Of a DNA stretch of 64,000 nt, positions 47,648 to 61,207 are shown piece after piece; within the stretch, counting starts at the first letter, position 1, and each line of letters starts with the position of its first letter. The stretch spans positions 558,001-622,000 of the forward strand of contig OZ237737.1 in assembly GCA_965178125.1 (NCBI GenBank), given 5' to 3'. The notes under the pieces are model-generated. The model was given only the letters and a program-made list of their open reading frames with translations. It had not been told where the DNA came from and ran no database searches. Source of the stretch: Bilabrum cf. latius. Taxonomy: Eukaryota. Made by a program: the position numbers and the translations under genes.

Positions 47648-50600
47648 ATGAACACACATACGACGGCCCTCATGGAGGTGTCTGGGTGCCTTGTGCATTC
47701 ATTATCACGCCATGGATACATCGGGACTCGCAGGACGGCGCAGCACCCCGTAAGTGCATGGTATGTTTCAGAGCTTCAGCATGCACTCTTGCAACCCATT
47801 GGCAGGCTCTCAAACCACCGGTTCTTCGTTTGACCGCAGCTTCGCCCAGTCTACTATGCATCAATTGGATCAGTTATCGAGGAGATCTCAACAACGGATG
47901 GATCCAGAACCGCCGTGATCGTGAATGCAGCTACCGGTTCCGTGGACCAGCTGCACGTTTCTGTAGGATCGAAAGGCGATGAGTTCTTGATCGTGATCGC
48001 AGCTGGGTGTACGGCATCTATTTGGAACTTGGAATCCTATGAGTACATATCGACGGTTCAGCTGTTTCGCCCAAGGCCAGGAGCTGGATTGCTAGCTAGC
48101 ACGGCAACTGTGGTAAGGCCTTGTGCATCTGCTGCCCGCGACCACTAGCGCTAATGAACCAGCAGGTGAAATTTTATTGTATTCATGGCATTTCTGACGC
48201 AGGGTCAAGAGAGGTGTGTGCTTGCATTTGCTCGCCAGGGTTCCTCCGCAGTCGACTGCCTGCACGTGCAGCGTCAGCTCGACCACCCAGGCAGCAGTGC
48301 CCTGTGCGGCAGGATGGAGATCAAGGGGCTCTCGAGCACCGCAACAGCTGTATCCATAGCATCCCACAGTCTACTTCCCATCGTTGCCATGGGCTCTTCT
48401 GACGGCTGCGTGACGGTGGCAACTGCCAGCTTCCTGCAAGACCCCTCTGCTCTCCAGCTGGGACTAGGTCCGCAGGCCGTGCAAGCTGCAGCGAGCAAGG
48501 ACCCAACCGGCGGGGTGGACATCCTCATGGTCGCAACAGTGGACCCGTGCGTGACCCTGGATCAAGCAGGGGCTGTGACCCTTGACCCGGAACTGGCGGC
48601 ACACACGGCCGGTGGAGCTGCTGGGTACACGGGGCGAGTGGGCACCCAGCCATCGTCATCTTCGTCCTTCAGCGGTGCAACTGCAGGAATCGTCCCCTCC
48701 GTGCCCATGCCGAGCACCTGGGCGGCCAGTTCCGTGTGTTCCCTGGCCTTTCACCCCACGCTCCCTCTCCTCGCTGCTGCGGATGTTGCTGGCCACGTGG
48801 CTGTGTGGAGGATCGGCGTGGAGGACCCCTCCCACGCTCTCATCGCGGGCACGCACCTGCCCACTGCCTTAGTTCCACTGGGTGACACTGCTAGATCGCA
48901 GGGCATTCGAAGGATGCTGAGAGACAGGCACTGGGCCGCTGAGGCATCACTCGGCACACGCGCCGGCGCGCTGTCTTTCGCAGGTGACGGTCCGGTGCTA
49001 CGAGCCATGCTGCAGTGCCCGGGGCAGACCGTCCCGTCGTTCTGGATTGATCTATTCACGGGACACTCATCAGCCCCGGTGATTGGCCCTAGTTTGGGCG
49101 GGGCAGCGGAGCAATGCGTGCGGGCCATGGGTCTGGATGCGGCTGCGGCCTTGCGTGCCGCTGGCTTGACTGCCAAGGCAGCCAGCGGACTTGCTGCCCT
49201 CGCCGTCATACCAAAGCCGCCACCGTGTATGGTAGGGGCAGGCGGGCGACCGTGGCTGCTAAGCTCGGGCGAAGGTGCCTCCGCGGGGTGTGTGGCAGGA
49301 GGGGCAACCATGACGCTGGACCCAATCAATGGGGCTGGGATCAGCCATGTGCTTGCTGGAGCCCTGCCTCTACCTGCTAGCAGCTACGTGATCGCTGGTG
49401 AAGGCGCGCTATCCTTCGGATGGGGTGCATAGGCTTGGGCTAGGGAGCAAGGAGTGCTGCAGCGAGTTGGGTTAGGTCTGGAAACTGCAAGTTCGGGCGA
49501 ATCTGGCGGAGGGCTCGAGGCGATGCTCGCCCTGGAAGCGGGCGGAGCTGCCGCTGAGGCCGCAGCGAAGGCATCCTCCGGTGCGTCCAAGCGGGAAACG
49601 CCTGAATCCAGAGCCAGTGAATCGCTTGCCAAAGACCTGGAGAGATCCACGATGCTAGCAAGGCTGTTCGGGTCTGGCTTGATCGGTAGAAGCGCGCAGA
49701 CCTCGTCTGTCGTGTACGTATCCACGGAGCAACGAGTTGGAACCTCGCCATTCACGCACCAAGTGAGGCACTGCTTGCGTAGGAAAGACTTGCAAGTAGC
49801 TCCGAGAGCCAGCGATGAAAAAGGCGAAGCCCTTCTACCCGTGTCTGGGTCAGTGGAAGGGCAGCTACTCGCCTGGCTACCCCACACTTGCCCTCGTTCA
49901 GGTATGCCGATCGTTCCGGCGAGCATGCAGCTTGGCGGTGATGGAAGGTATGCTCTGGTTCGTTTTCGTTACCTGTTTCCATCAGATGCATCCCGTGATC
50001 CGACACAGGATGCCAACCTGCACAGAGTAGGAGAGAAGGTGGCAGCTGGGGTCATCGCTGCGGCGCGAGCGGGTGGAGGCGCTCGCACTGCAGACGCACT
50101 GGGATACCGAGGATCAGCAAAGGAGACCGGCTATAGCAGTCGCACTGGAGCAGTGTTTCGCGGTTCGCCTGGCTCTAGCATCGGCTGCGATGGCTCTGAG
50201 AAGTGGATCGGCGTGCATGCCCGCATCTCGAGAGCTGAAGGTAGCAACAGCGCCGCATCCATGGACCACCCCTTTGTGATCGTTGGGCCCCTTTGGCAAG
50301 ATGTTCCCGTCCCTGTAGAAGCTCATCTGCCCGGGAAGGCGGTGGAGAAACTCAATGATCTTGGGATCGAGAGCTCGTGGCGAAACGCCGGCAGTGGTAG
50401 TGACCTTCCCAGATGGCTGCTAGGGTCCAGCAGCGGGCCAAGCAGCGCTGACCGCGCAAATTTCCCTGCAGATAGGCACTGCACCGTGGATCGATTTGGT
50501 AGGAGAGTTGGCATTCGATTGGTAGACAGGCCGTTTTCATCACCCGTGCAGCACGCCCGGTCCAGTGTGATCTCAGGTGGGGGCGGGTGGCTGACAACTC

Positions 50601-53600
50601 TGGGAAGGTAGCGGGATGGCACGAATCAGGTCGGCGCTGGTTAGTCCGTGGACAACCTGCCAGAGTAGAAACTGTGCTCCACAAGATTGCCGAACTGTGA
50701 CGGTCGCCGCAGCCCAGCGAGAGCGGTTGCAGCAGTCGCAGGTGATCGCTCAAGTCAGAAGCAGCATTCTGGGGCCGCCGGCAGCAAACAGCAAGAGGAG
50801 GACGATGACGATGACTTGCCCCCTCTTGCATTTGGGGATGATGAATAGCCCACTGGTACTACGGAAAGCAAGCAAGACGATGACTTTGACCCGTTTGGCA
50901 GCAAGGACAGCTCCCCAGAGGAGGCACCTAAGTCGCCCGCCAAGAGCGATGCGGCGCCCAAGTCCAAGGCATAGGCCAAGGCAGCGAGCAGTGCAGACAA
51001 GACAGCCAGCAGTGAGCAGCTCGAACTCCCGGGCTAGCTCAATCTAATTGACGTGGGAATAGATGGCTACCAGGTCCACGCACCGACTGGCATGGCTGTC
51101 GTAGGTTGTTTTGCCAGCCCATTCGTCCGATTGGGTGACTAGACCGTCCCCCCTGAGGGGCATGCAAACATCGACGACCGGCCGGTGCATCTCCTCGTGC
51201 TGGAGGATCCCTCTGCCGTAAGGCGCGAGTTTCAACCCACATCAGGCGGCTAGATTTTGCAGTACGAGCGTGGCGCAGTGGCCAGCGGTGCTGATGCAAA
51301 ATCCGCACCAGAGTCACCGAGTTGGCGTCTGCTCCCCTTTGAGCGCGTTGTACAGGTCCACTGGCAGGCAACCGAGGCAACTGCAAGCGGCAAGCGAGGA
51401 CAGAGATCGACTAATTCCCACGAAACACTGCTCCATGCGATCTTGTCCTGCAGCCCGCTGGTAGCTGTGACCACAACCCACCGGGTTGTGGTGCTTTCGG
51501 CTGGGCTTGTGCCTCTGTCTGACGCACCGGCTGCGTTCCCCACTGCGGGTCCTGGGTCGCTGCAATCAGCGTGTGACGAGTGTGAACAGGAGTCCATCAA
51601 CGTGATGATTCGGGGCGCAGGTGCTGCCAGCGCTGCACCGCCGTGCCTCTGCCTGACCGGCTAGCACGACGGCGGCGGTACTGCAGTATCTCGCGTGTCG
51701 TCTCAAGGCGGAATAGGAGAGCATTTGCAGGACAGCGTCTTGTAGAGAGCAGATCCAACGGATGGTACATCGGTACCCCTTCAAATCATGAATCACCCCG
51801 CGGTAAGCGGTAGCCGCCCCGGCCAGCCCAGTCACCTCGTGCAGCCCAGAGGCCCTCCCAGCTGCCGCCTTGCGTGCATTTCGTCTGTGCAATGGATGGG
51901 CGACTGCCTCGTGCTACTCACCAGCAACGGTCATCTCTTTGGTTTGTCCCCACTCGGACGGCTGTTCCGCTACGGCACACTGCCAGAGGGACTGCACGGC
52001 AACTGCAGTATATCACACTTGCTGCCAGACCGGGCGGTCTTTGTTGCTCGGTCTGCTGCGTCTGGAGTATCGTTTCCCTTGACAAGGTTTTGGAATCCGG
52101 GCGCTGGTCTGGTGGTGGGTGCCTGTGATCGAGTGCAGTTGCTGGCTGCTGCGTGCAAGGCAACCAACAGCAAGGCAACCCTCGTTCCCATTGAGCTTGA
52201 GCGTAGACTGGCAGCTAGTATTGCGGGTAGCGCAGCATTGTTGCGATCAGCAAGCGGGCCAAGCGAAGACGCATCGACCTAGTTGCCGCTGTCCCTTGGA
52301 TCGTCCAGTCGGTCGGCTCTCGAGTCGCTGTACGGCGCAGGCCTGCGATCCGTGCCACCGCAAAACCGTCCTGGGCTCATCTCTCTGGCCATGGCAGTCA
52401 ACATTGCGCAGGATGCTGCGCTGCGATACCAGCACGCGGGCCGCCTGCCTCCTGCCTTCACCGAGCGGTCGGATTCTGACAGGCTACAGGGGGGATCCCT
52501 TCGATTGTACGACAGGAAGCACCCCCTGGGGCCATCCGAGGGGATGCTGCCGTCGTCTGGCACTTCTCCCATTGTGAGTGCTGCGCTGGAGCGAGCCGGG
52601 CTCATTGCAGTGTCGGCTTGGTCTGCTGCTGCTGACTTGGCAAGCCCTATGGGCCGCCTTCGGCCCAGCCCAAGCGCCGCACCCGCGCCCATACCCACGC
52701 AGCTGGGTACGCCTGTATTGGGCGGTGACCAGGACGATGATTCTGACGACGATGGGATTGCAGAGGCCGTGGGTGCAGGGGAGCAAGGACCTCTGTCGCT
52801 GGGGCAGCTGCATGCCAAGGACGGAGGCAGCCGCTCCCTGCCTGGCACTGAGTCAAGCCTCGTGGGCCAGTCGCATACTGTGGCCTCTACGAGCCGAATG
52901 CCGCTCATCCTAGCTGCAGCTAGCGCGATCAAGCACGGAAGAGAAGGTGACGCCGCGTTACTTTTGCTGAGAAGGCGTCCAGCCCTGCTCTCTTTCATTT
53001 GCAAGCGCACAACAGCGATGTGGCTGTCGTCGAATTTGCTGCGTGCAGCTGGCGATGCGCCTGATGGCGAATCCCCCGATTCTGCTGACCCGTCCGTCTG
53101 GTACACCGGATTCGACGCAGCATCCAGGGCGCTTCATGCCATCGCTGCCTCCTCTGTATCAGGTAGCTCGGCTGCAATCGTAGCAGAGGCCACTAGCAGC
53201 TTTGGTCTCGCCATGGCGGCTGCCTGCAAGTCGGCTGCGCAATCATTGCATGCAGACCTCGATTCCGGTCGATCTATTAGCTCATTTGCCCTTGCAATGG
53301 ATGCTTTGAAGCGGGTATCAAAGCAAAGCAGATCGAGTGGGCTGCAGGTCGCAGCGGCTGCAACTAGCCTCTTGTCTGTCTTGCGGGCAATGGGCACGCT
53401 GTTGCAGGATGCAGTCAATTCAAGCGACAGAGATGCTGGCAGCACTGTATCTTCTGTGCTGAAAGCCGTATCAGACAGCTCAGGCACCAGCACGAAATCA
53501 AGCTCATCTGATTGGTAGAAGGCCATGGAAGACGCGCTGGACACAGCCACACGACTACCTACATTCGCCGCTGCTGTGCAGCGACCCAATCGAATGTTAC

Positions 53601-56600
53601 TAGAAGATGAAGACGACGCCGGGGGTAGCATGTCTCCCGCTGAGGACGCAGGTGGAGACCTGTGGTCTAAGCTGCAGCCCCACTTCCCGTCCATGTCACC
53701 CGGTGCTGAGTCATCAGGCGTGTCAGCTCTCGCGGGTGCATGGGACTCCTCTACGTACGCGAAGCAGGTGCTGCTGCAAAGCAGCAGCGACAACAACAGC
53801 GATGGTGACCGCGATGTAGACAGTAGTAAATTGCTGGCAACGTTTTTCCCGCCCTCGTCACACGGAGGCTTCTCCTCTCCGTGCACGCCCGCACCGTTCT
53901 CGCCGCAGCCGCTCCCCACTGGTTTGAGGCCACTAGCTGACGCCACCTTGCAACAGGCCTATGGGACGGTGCAGCCCGTGGCGGCCGGTGGCCTTACCCA
54001 CACTCAGGCACAAGAGCTTCTTTCTGGCAAGTCCAAGGTCAAGGGTGGGCCGGCAGAAGAGGAGGACGCAGAGACGCGGGAGGTGCGCCAGCTCATGGCA
54101 AGGCTCGGCATCGGTACCGGCGCCAACGCCAACGCTGCAAACACGGCCACTGAGCAGAAGCAGGACAAGGATGCGTGGCGACCTGCAGACCTGCCTCCGT
54201 TGGGACACGGCAAGGAGGACAAGGTAGTCGCATATCTTCGCTTTGGCTCGTCTCGTGTGGCTGGCACGTCAGCTGGAGGCAGGCCTTCCAAGGGGCAGCA
54301 AGTTGGGCTGGGCTCCCTCGGGGGTGCCGCCACAGCCGGTCCGAACGATGGTCTCAAGCTGCGCGGCGAAGACGACCTTGAGGTGCAAGACTTATCAAGC
54401 TTTGGATCGAAGGCGTACTACCTTCGTCACCGTGCCAAGGAGAGGGCAGAGGTGCTTGGCAAGTCCGGAGCGCTGTGGTGCCGCCCTGATACTGGTGTCT
54501 ATGCATCACAGACGGTAGTGACCCCTTTCAATCCCGGCAATCCAGAAAAAGTTGTCATGCCCCGTGGTCTCATTTCGAATTATCATGCCGTGGAGCAGAG
54601 CAGGGGGTCCGCGCCGGGGTCGAGCGGGGCTGCAGCCGGAGCGCCCGGCCCACCCAACAAGGCCATCGGCAAGATTCCAGATTACGACAGTCTTACTGAT
54701 GTTGATGGCGAAGACGAAGACGGTGCAGGTGATTCGGATGAAGAGCTCGACGAGAAAGCCAGAGCAGCCAGGCAAGCGAAACGAGCCAAGAGAAGGTAGG
54801 CGCTCGCGGCCAAGCGGGACAAGCTCGCGCTGCGGGCTCGCAAGGCGGCATCAAAGGAAATCATGCTAGCCCGGAGGGCCGTTCGCAGGCTGCTAGCGTG
54901 GCTACCGTCAAGCATGGCACCAGTCGGTGCCGTCTTGCCAGTGTCCCTTGGCTCTCACGCGGATATCGGTGTGCGACCCTGGTGCAACGCGGCTTGCACC
55001 TGGAGCATCGAGGCGTGGGTGCTGCTCGGGTTTGAGCGGGACCTTGCAGCGATGATGGATGCGGACGATGACGATGAGGATGATGGAATGGGGGAGTACG
55101 GTGGGGGCGACGGGATGGGCTTTGGGGAAGGCGGATTCGGTGGTGGCGACCAAGCAGGTGCAGGCAAAGAGGAGGAGGAGCAGGGCGGTATCGGAAAGGA
55201 GGTGGTCCTCATGCGAAGACTGGAGCCGACCGTGTCTTCTATGCAGAAGGGCAAGGCATTGCTGGAGGCCAGTAAGACCGGAGCTGCTGCTGGCAAGTCG
55301 GCCGCTGCCAGTACTTCGTCCGTCACTGTCTCACCAAAGGACCCGAAGAGGGCGCTCAAGAGCATGCACCCGAAGCTGTCCGTCGCATGGGAACTCTTCA
55401 TTACGGGCAAGGGCGAGATCGGATTCCGGTGCCGTAGGCCACCCGTGTCGCCCAAAGAGTCAGCAGGGTCAGCATCGAGGCGAAGCCGGGTGCAGCAGGC
55501 TCAAGGGGGTGCAGACAAGGACAAGGAGAAGAAGGGCACAACGGACGCAAACGAGGACGAAGAACCATTCGTCACACTGATCGGAAACGGCAAGCCCAGC
55601 CGCGACCCGTCGTTACCCCGGGCGCCCCAGGAGGAGGCCTCCGGCGACTTGCAAAAGTCCATGGTGCAGGCCGGTGGGTGGGTGCACGTGGCGGTGGTGT
55701 TCGATGCTACGCGGGTGTCTGGCGAGTCCTCCTCGGAGGCTGGCGCGCGAGCGGTAGGCGGATTCCGGCCCGGAGACGGCACGATCAAGATGTACGTTGA
55801 CTTCAAGGAGTGCGGTATGGGCGCGGTGAGATGCGGCACACCACTGGGGCGGCCCGATTGGGCCGTGAAGGCTGGCAAGCTGCTCGAGGAAGGTGCTCAG
55901 GCAGCTGCAAGTGGTGGCGCAGATGGGGTTGGATCTGCGGCGCGGTAGCGGCGCGGCGCCGGTGGAAGCGGTTCCGCAAGCAAAGCAGGCGCCAAGGGGG
56001 CCTCAAAAGAGGCCAAGCAGCAGTAGGCCCTGCGTGCCGCTGCCGAGCTGGCCCAGAGCATGTCCGGGGGGACTCTCGTGCTGGCGCCCGAGTTCACCGG
56101 AGCTCTTGCGGAGGTGCGCGTGTGGGGCAGCAAACGTAGCCTCAGCGACCTAAACGACGAGCGAGACCAGCCCCTGGGCCTGGCTGACGTCACCAAAAAG
56201 TCCCTGCAGGTTGAGATATCCGCCGGATAGGGCTCCTCGCAGGCAGGCACCGGCCCTTCGTCGGGAGCGGGTGCGGACAGCCCCGGTGGGCTGGGCCTGG
56301 CTCCGCCTCCTGGGGGCGAGGGATCTGCTGCTGGCGGTGGGATCGGGGCAGCAGGTGGCGGGGATGGGGTCGGTTTCGGCCTCAGTGCGCCCAAGTCACC
56401 GAGCGGTGGTGGGTTGGGCCACCACCGGAGGCGGTCATCGGTAGCCGCGGGCCGCCTGGGACGAGGATCCGGAGTTGCAAACGGAAGGAGCTCCCCGCTA
56501 TCGAACGGGGGGCGGCACGGCAGGGCGAGCACTCTCGGGGCACAGGGTACTGGGCAGGTGCAGGGGGGAGACATGGGCAGCCCCTCCACTGGTGTACCTG

Positions 56601-57136
56601 GCTCTCCGACAGGTGCCCTGTCCCTTGGCGACTCATCCAGCGGTGGTGGGTTGGGCGCCCCTCCGCCTCCTGCCTCTCAGAGGGGCAAGTCCAGGCGCCG
56701 TACCATGGCCACCATACCAGAGAGCTTCACGAGAGCGGGCGGGTCACCACCCACATCCAGGTCACACCGGGCTGCGTCGGCGTCTGCCAGCTCCAGCGGC
56801 CTGGGGGACATTGGCGGTGCCACCGGCATCATAGCAGAGGGGAGTGACGAGGACGAAGACGAGAACGAAGGCGAAGGTGAAGAATAGGAGGGGCAGGAGC
56901 CAACAGGAGAGGAGAGTGAGGCAGGGCAGCAGCAGGACCCAGCCGGCGAATAGGAGGATCAGGAGCAAGCCAGTGGCGATGTCGGCGGTGTAGAGAGCAG
57001 CGCCAGTGGTCATTCCGAAGCTAATGATGCATCCGATGGAGGTAATGGCATCGGCGGGCTGGGTGCCCCGCCTCCTCCAGCGCATGCTCGCTCCGCAAGC
57101 GTCAGCTCTCGCAGGCGTGGGTCCAAACGGTCTTGA
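47648..57136 (+). CDS. TSET complex TTRAY2/TWD40-2-like WD40 protein with C-terminal LamG-like domain (~3100 aa)
   Basis: Exon 1 to 47749, intron 47750-47839, then one frame to TGA 57134 across many TAG. Motifs AQHP..YASIGSVIEE, IASHSLLP, LAFHPTLP..ADVAGHVAVW, ERVVQVHWQ..VTTTHRVVVLS..VQWMG..LPDR, then WSIEAWV/WVHVAVVFD/FTGALAEVRVW. Confidence 0.62.
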
Positions 57137-57328
57137 TGTCCCGTCACACTCGTATTTTTCCTATATCCTGTGATTTTCGACACTGGAAGTTATAATATTT
57201 AGAGTTTTGTGTGCGTTTCCTATTAACTGCTTCATCTTTCGATAATAGCTTGCGACCGCGGCACCCCACAAACGGATAGGCGGCAAGGTTGCAACGCCAT
57301 TCACGCAAGCCGAGTTGCTTCGATCGGC

Positions 57329-60300
57329 ATGTCTTCTCTCACAAAGAAAGCATAGCATATATCTGCTGCTCTTGGTCCTGACAGCTCCATCATGCAAGCT
57401 GTGCAAGAACGAAAAGTTGCGAAAGGGCGTCCGGCGAAGGAGAGGTCCGCACAAGGACGCGCTGCGGTGCTTCTTGATGAAGAGAGAGGGGAAATGGAGG
57501 CAAAAAAGTTGCCTTAGTAGGCCACCGCTGTTGAGAGGGCCGCGGAGCGAGCGCTGAAGAGCGGGCGGCGAGGCGTGTACGCGGTGAAAAGCTAGAACGT
57601 TGACCATCGCTCGTTGCTCCCCAAGAAGAAGCCGCCGCCAAAGGCCAAAGGGCGCTAGCCAAAAGGAGATCATTCCCCAGAGAGCAAGCAGTCTCATGGA
57701 GAGTCGTCGCGAATCAGGCGCCCGAACCTGGACGCAGGCTCCCGAGGCGTGTTGGACGGATCGACATTTATGGATGCTGAGGACGCACTAGCGGACGACG
57801 ACGCCCCACCACCGGGGGATCTTAGCATGCTGCGAAGTACTACAGACGAGGGAGCGGAAGCGGCGTTGCGCGCCACTCGGGGCTCTGTGGCTTCAGTAGG
57901 AGTGCGCGGAGGAGCATCTTCAATGAAAATGCAGCCAATGGGTGGCTCTCCTTCCGCGGCTGCCGCGACATCGGCACCGGCCATTGGGCTGGCCGGTGCG
58001 GGTGGTGCTCGTGGAATGGACATATCCTCGTTCACGAAACGAAATGTCCGAGCGCTCGCTCGACAAGAAGCGCAGTCCACCGGAGCAGACCCCGAGGCGG
58101 AAGCAGGAGCAGATGCTCTTCTGCAGGGACTGGAAACGAACGTTCGCTAGGCACTACTGCGGAAGAGAGCCGAGTACGACGCAGAGAAGCAGAAGACTAC
58201 CAAGCTCAAGGCGGAGCGAGACAAGCTCAGGCTCAGGTTCCGGGACCTGCAGGCGGACCTCAAGGCGCTGGGGGTGGGGCAGGCAGGCAGCAGCGCGAAG
58301 CAGCCCAGGGCCAAGCGGATGCAGCCGTTCAAGAGCGTGTCGGGGAAGCCCATGTACGTGGAACGCTCTGACCTGTCAAAGCTGGAAGCAAACCTTGAGG
58401 CGGAGAAGAAGGCGACCTCGGACGCGATCTACACCGGAGAGATGCTTCAGTTCATGCGGAGGCGACTCATGGACGAGATCGTGGCGGTGAAGAGCAGGCT
58501 AGCGGATCTCGAGGTGGCGCGAAAAGAGGAGAAGGCTCTCGAAGACGAGCTTAGGAGACGGGGGGTGCAGGCCAACGAGGCGCTGGGGAATGCGAGGTCG
58601 CGGTTGAGGGGTCTCCAGCGAGACGTCAAGAAAGAGAAGGGGCTTTGGTTCAGCGAGATCAAGGACAAAGCCGCTTTCTTGGAGCAGAAGAAGGGCTTTG
58701 AGAGCTTCTTGCAGAAGCAGATCCAGCATCATGTCGATCTGGAACGCAAGGCGAGGATCGCAAAGCAGAGGCAGCAGAAGCAGAAAGAGATCGGGCAAAA
58801 CGTGGCTTCCATGCTGGCATCCAGGGCCAAGCAGAGCAAGCTCACGCAGCAGCGAGCAGGAGCAGAGGACGAAGAGGCCAAATACGCAGCTATTTTCAGC
58901 TCCATTGGCCTAAAGACTGCCAAGCAGGGCTCCATGGCGGGCACCAGTACCATCGAAGTAAAGGCACCCAAGCTGCCGCCCGCGATCCCTCCACCCTCTG
59001 GCATGCCGAGCCTCAGCAGTGGCGACACGAACGCCCCCTCCAAGGCCACTTTGTCCACCCTGGCTCCTGGTGCCAAGCGCGGCCAGCGAACCGACTTCAA
59101 GGTGTCTCTGGAGGGAGAGCCCATCGACCCGACGGCCGTGCTGGACGCGATGCACTAGCAGGACGAGAACAGGCAGCTCCTGCTGAAGAAGCGGGAGGCG
59201 GAGGAGAGCCGTTTAGCACAGCTCCAAGCCCGTCTCGCAGAGGCTAAAAAGGTCCTTGCGAATGCGAGGGCCGAATCCCAGCCGAAGTCAGCCCACCGCG
59301 CACTGGCTGATTCCGAGGGCAAGCTTCAGCTGGCCCACAAGGAGATCCAGTCCAGGCAGGCGAGACTAGAATTCCTCCGTTCCGCGTCGGAGCCCGTGAG
59401 GATCGGTCTGCAGGCCATGGGGGAGCGTCTCTTGAACATGAGGACAGACATCGGCCACCCCGAGGAAGCACGCCTGCTGTTATCGGCGCTGCTGAACAAG
59501 GTCAAACTCATCATGGACGAGACGAAGAGGATGCAAGCGACGGCCGACCCGGAGGAGTGGGATGAGGGTCCAAGTCCCGCCAATGCCAGCGTGGCGGCAG
59601 CCTTGACCATGCGATCCCTGCAGGGAGGGGGCGACGAAGGGGGCGACGTCAACCAGTAGAACCTCATCTGGAACGCAGAGCTCAAGGCAGCGGACGGCCT
59701 CTTTGTGTCCAAGTTTAATGTGCGGGTGCCGCCCTCCACCACGCAGGCAAAGGTGCTGTACAGCGCTGAGTACGGCATGGATGACCAGGAAGAAGAGGGC
59801 AGGATCGCCAAGGCCCTAGAGTTGGCGGAAACTGTCGGACAGCGACAGCGAGCGTCAGCTTTGGCTCCTTTGGGAGACGGCAAGAAACAGGGTGGTGGGC
59901 CTGGCCTGCCTCTACCGGGCAGCAAGGGGTCTCAGATCAAGCCATCCGCTCAGAGTCGCAAGGCGAGAGAGCGCGGGAAGAAAGTGGCGGCCACCGCTGC
60001 TGCTGTCAAGGCAGCAACTGCGAAAGCGCGAACTGGCGTGTCCGCTCCTCTAGAGCCCTTGCCTGCCGTGTCAGATGCCGATGATGGCATCCCGCACGTG
60101 AAGGGAAAGGGACCGTCCCATCTAGCTCCCATCTTGCAGGGCACGATCGCGGGTCCCGGTGCAGACATGTCGGACGGAACATTCAAACCACGACGGGCTG
60201 GGTCTGCTCAGGGCAGGCGCGGGGCAAGCGAGAATCGCCGTGCTGCCGAAGAGATGCGGTTCTCTTACAGTGCAGCGGCCCTACCGATGCCCCTGCATCC

Positions 60301-61096
60301 CGTCAGCAGGCAGCTCCGTCGACCGCCGGCCCTGGTTAGCGCCTTCGAGTCGCCAAGCGTGCACTAGGACACAGACATGGCGGAAGGCAGGGCGCAAAGC
60401 CTGGCTGCATCCACTGCTGGTCAGTTCGGGATGGGGGCTGAGAGATCGAGCAGGCACGCAGCAGTGCGAACAACTGCCTCGCCGCCGTCAAGGGCCAGCA
60501 ATAGCAGGCAAGGCACCGGCAGGCAGAGTACCGGCCGGGTGGGCACAGGGTCAGGCTTCAGGCCAGGGGCAACCGGCGGGGGCTCTGGCCAAGACCAGGA
60601 TTCCCTGCCTCACCCGCGCATCGCACAGCTAGGCAGTGATCTTGAGGCTGATTCAATGCTTGCAGAGGCGGCTGCTACTGCTTTGGCTGGGTCAGGCAAT
60701 GAGGCGAAAGACGTGGCTGTGGGCCACGGCACCACCCTGCGAGTGGTCCCGGTTGCCTCTTCACAGCTTGCCCCAGCGGCGGTCGCCGAGATGCGAGCGC
60801 AGCACGAGCTAGATCGGATATCAAGGAAGCAGGCCCGGGCCGCGGCCTTGTCCGCCATCACTCACGGTGCCCGACCGCCGTTGCTGTTCGATCCTGATGA
60901 AGACCCGGAATAGACCGCCAAGTACAGGGGTGGGCTTGACGAGTCGGATAGCTCTGACGACGAGGCAGACCAAGGTGACGATGACGCAGAAGTATTCAAC
61001 CGGGACGAAATCAAGAAGATTTCCGAGACGGTCGTCACTAAAGCCAAGGCAGCAGCAGAGAGGCAAGCGGAGCTAGACGCAGCCGAGGAAATGTAA
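57329..61096 (+). CDS. Long coiled-coil protein, possibly outer dynein arm docking complex CCDC151/DC1-like (~1255 aa)
   Basis: ATG 57329 to TAA 61094, one frame with TAG read-through. Extensive coiled coil, 'FNVRVP', and an acidic 'DDAEVFNRDEIKKISETVV' C-terminus. Gene model fairly secure, family call tentative. Confidence 0.55.
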
Positions 61097-61207
61097 GGCG
61101 AGAGCAAGTGTCATGTGGGTTGCATTTAAGAACAGACGTGGCATTCTATTGAGTGCGGATCAGACTCCGTATGTGCGTATTTATTTCACTGCGACAGTCT
61201 TTCTAAG

